Source: Lama glama (lineage: Eukaryota). From it: a stretch of DNA of 64,000 bases. The DNA is taken from positions 56,794,001 to 56,858,000 of the forward strand of contig CM052817.1 in assembly GCA_028534125.1 (NCBI GenBank), read 5' to 3'. This document shows, piece after piece, positions 60,465-64,000 of the stretch (positions are counted from its first letter, which is position 1; every line of letters starts with the position of its first letter). Under the pieces are notes generated by a model that was not told where the DNA came from, searched no databases, and saw only the letters and a program-made list of their open reading frames with translations. The translations under genes were made by a program, and so were the position numbers.

Positions 60465-63400
60465 AAGAAAATAAATAATAGAGGAAAACAATTTGGACAA
60501 GAAATGATAAGGTTCTGAACTAAGGCAAAGGAGACGTTAGATATGAAAAGAGGAGACAAGCGGACAGACAGTGGGGTCAGTTGCTGGGACAAGGATCCAA
60601 GGAAGAAGAGAAGATGGATCTAGTTTTGTGTAAAGCACAGAAATATAAAGTGGGGATTTAGATCCACTATAAAGGAAACTTTCTGGGACTCAATCTTGGG
60701 ACTAGCTCTATTGGGAATACAGTAATTGCATTAAATGCTGCTTGTACCCATAAAAAGTGTTTATTAATCTCTTCTTCCACACAATACCTGTGGAGGACTT
60801 TTCTTTATGAGGTTATATGAACTCAATCTCTACTTTGGAAAATTGAAATCGTTATTATTATAGTTTTATTATTACTACCTGTAGCTAGTACAAGTCCCTT
60901 TTAGAATGGATATAATTCACAAAAATGCAGCATAATACAAAGTTCTTTCTATTTGCTCTTTCCCAGATAGGTGTCTGAAATATAAATATTATGGAGATGA
61001 ATTCGTATTTTCCAACCATAATCAGGTTTCTTATTTAATCTCTTGGCAAAATATTCCTATTGGTTTTCATCTCTTCTGATTCAGCTCATCTTTCCTACAC
61101 AGAGAACTGTCTCCATGAAAAGTTACGTGTACAAGTGGAATTATTTTTTCTGTGTGCAGTTATAAACAGATAAGCAGAGTCTATACCAACTGACAGTCAA
61201 TAGAATCCAGTTTTCTAAATCAGGGGATCTTGAAAAGTCTGTGTTTACGTTTAAGGCCTTAATTTAAATTTTAATATTCAAGGAATTTGATGTACAGCAA
61301 AATGCTCTGACAATATGTAAAATACTATTATCTATAATACACTGACATAACTGCCCCACCTCCAAAATTACTAAAAGCATAGTATACTTAGGTAACATCT
61401 CCATAGATAAAGAGATAAATTGACTTTTTAAAAAATTTTCTTCTCTTTGAAAAAATATTAATCTTAAAGCACAAAATAAGATGTAGATAAGAATTGTTTA
61501 AATAGATTCCAAAACCAGGGTGGACTTCTATCATTTCTTGCCTTAAGCTACAACTATGAAGTTGTTAATGAACCTATACTCTTCACTACATATCTAAACA
61601 ACTTCCAGGAAAAGCAAAAACTGGCTGCCCAGCATCTTATACTTTAATACCAGTAAGGCAGCCCTAGGAAGTAGGCTCTATAAGACCCAAGTCGAGAAAG
61701 AAGAAAGGATGAGTAATCTGCCTGAATCTTCCAATCTATTTGATAACCTCCATCTGCACCTTTTATATAATTTGTCTCCTGTAATTTTTTGTATTTTATA
61801 TTTTCCTTTGAATTTTGTATTTTGGTTATTATATCCAAAGGGTATGACATCACTTCACTGGCAACTGGAAACCTGTCTGAAAAAAAAATAAAAGAAAAGA
61901 AAAGAAGGAAAAATAGTATTATAAATGAATGAATATGCTAACTTTTCATAATTTAAAAAAAAAAGAAGGACGATTTTATTCCAGTTAAACTGGTAGGGAT
62001 AACACCAAGGATTCCCTACACAAAGGTTTTTAGTCAGGTCTTTTTGTGGATCGCTCTGAAACGCTTTTACAACAGAGTAGCCTGAGGCACAGAAAAGGAG
62101 GCAGGACATGTTTTGATAACTCCAAAATAGCTTACAGGCCCAGAAGCAGAGCATCTAAATACCTACCCATTGGAAGTCATTAATTTAACAAGAGATATTT
62201 ATGGCTGCTTGATCAGAGACTCACAAAGCTTATTGTGACCAATTGACTTGCACCATCATTGGCCATAAGGCCTCAAGTCTACTGTCATTCCTTGACCAGG
62301 TATTTTCCTCTGATATACTCCAATGCAATGCGAAACCCATCCCAATGCCAAAATGTCTACATTGCTTTTATTGGTTTTAGTCATTACTGTACTGAACCCA
62401 GTGCCATGCATAAAATGAGAATAATGTCTCCTTTGTTATAGCAATCAGACCTAGACCTGAGGTCAAGCTGAGGAACTGATACTGTACCATCGTACCCTCT
62501 CACCAGACAAGCAGTACACACCTCCTCTCTTTTCTTTCATCCTTAAGCTGAGCACACAAAAGCCATCACACAGATCTACTCGCACAACTCAATGTCCGTG
62601 GGTCTTCCACTGATACCCAAGAGGCATGGGGCTTCTCTGAAGCCTCCACTACCCTTCCCAGTACTGCTGCACTCCTACTCAGTTGGGAGTTAATTAACGA
62701 AAGCTTTCAAGAAATGGATTTTGTACTAAATCCCAAAAGGCCAGAAATTAATGAACAGAAAAAGACAGAAGCCCAACTGCTCTAGACCTTAGAAACACCT
62801 CCCATATAAGGCATTCTTCCCTGAAAGCTTTTGACAGGTAGAAAGTAGTACATTTAGCTCAACTGAATTGCTAATGTTTGAACAGATTCTCTTATACGCA
62901 TTTCTAAGGTACTATATATTTTCTGCCAACCCAAAAGAATGTTCTTAAAAGGGTTTTAGAATAGGGTCACAGAAAGCAGTGGCCCATAGAAATAAGTTCA
63001 TATTTGCTCACATATATGGCTAAGGGAATGCATCACAGATCAATTGTGAATCTCATTATTAAGAAATTTCAGGCTGTCAGAACCTTAAAAGCCATATTTT
63101 CCCTATAACACACAGATGCATTTCCATTCACCTTTCTTATAAAGGTCTCCATTAGAAGAAAAAAAATTTGAATGACAATCCTAAAGAGAACTAGTCAACA
63201 CTTTTATTTTTCCATACGAGTTATCTTGAGAGCTTCTATCATATATTCCATTAAAATTGCTCTGTAAGGTATGCTATGTAAGGTAGGCCAGATAAACATG
63301 TATGTTAGCTTTCCTTGGACAATGAACACTACAAAGAGACAAAAAAAAAACCACTTCCGTTTTATTGCTTTTATTGTCAAAGGCTCCCAGGTAAATTAAG

Positions 63401-64000
63401 TGTTCTCCATAGTGGGTTGCTCATTCTAAGTAAACTTTCTTAGGAATATGGGCCCCCATTTAAGGTAGTGGTCTACTCCCTGAAGCAGCTGAAATAGTTT
63501 AAGCTTATCTCATCAATATTATTATCTTTGGTTTAACTATAGGGCAAAACATTAGGGGGCTTTTCAACCCATGTTCATCACACACAAGTAATATGGCTAT
63601 GATTCAAAACATAAATGCCTACAGAATCCAAGCAGCACAGGAAAGTGGGTGAGGATGATGGGGTGTAAGAGACAAAGCAATGTGGGAACTGTGAGGAAGG
63701 AATGAGGGCATATTCCATCATAAGGAGGCAGATGCTACTAAATTCTAGACACTTGTTGCTGTGAGGCAATGAGGACCCAGTGGAGGGAGGTGTGCCAATG
63801 TTTAAGATAAGCTGGAAATGTGAATATGTTTTGTCTGTCTATGGAATTTCTCAATTTAAAATGTTGGCTAAAAAACTTTTGAGACTCTTAGCCAAACACA
63901 TCATGCTTTCAGTGCAAATTCAGTCAAAGGGTTGCCAGTTAGTTGCACCCTTTCTATGTTGATTGACCATATATCCAAGTGTAATGTTAATTTTATATGT

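Noticed and set aside
1..64000. A novel protein-coding system, operon, CRISPR array or defence island
   Set aside because: This is mammalian repeat-rich DNA. The longest ORF is 142 aa, there is no regularly spaced repeat-spacer array, and no ORF resembles a cellular protein that I recognise.

Overview
AT-rich, CpG-depleted placental-mammal DNA, either intergenic or deep intronic. It is most likely camelid: there is a camelid-type young L1 3' end at ~40.05-40.26 kb and cetartiodactyl-type L1s, and I saw no Alu, B1, Bov-A/BovB, PRE-1 or Can-SINE copies. I find no supportable protein-coding exon, intact RNA gene, CRISPR array or prokaryote-like system. The ORFs in the track are repeat remnants, low-complexity sequence or chance ORFs. 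Roughly half of the window is recognisable transposon debris: L1 and L2 LINEs, MIRs, many MaLR (MLT1) and ERVL (MLT2, LTR33, LTR40) LTRs, a two-LTR internally deleted ERVL provirus, a younger ERV1-type solo LTR, a Tigger2-type element and a Zaphod/MER115-type hAT element. The most notable items are: (1) a tailless retrocopy of the 5' half of tRNA-Gln(CTG) with a putative 7-nt precursor leader and a 17-bp TSD (43310-43384); (2) a clean solo LTR with a palindromic STAT/GAS site plus NF-kB-like motifs just upstream of its TATA box (4622-5214); (3) a poly(A)-only insertion with a TSD at an L1 endonuclease site (32659-32714); (4) a rearranged L1 with microhomology junctions (34474-35795); and (5) several motif-rich unique segments that are candidate enhancers. 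Repeat subfamily names come from my recall of consensus sequences and need RepeatMasker/Dfam confirmation. Boundaries without TSDs are approximate.
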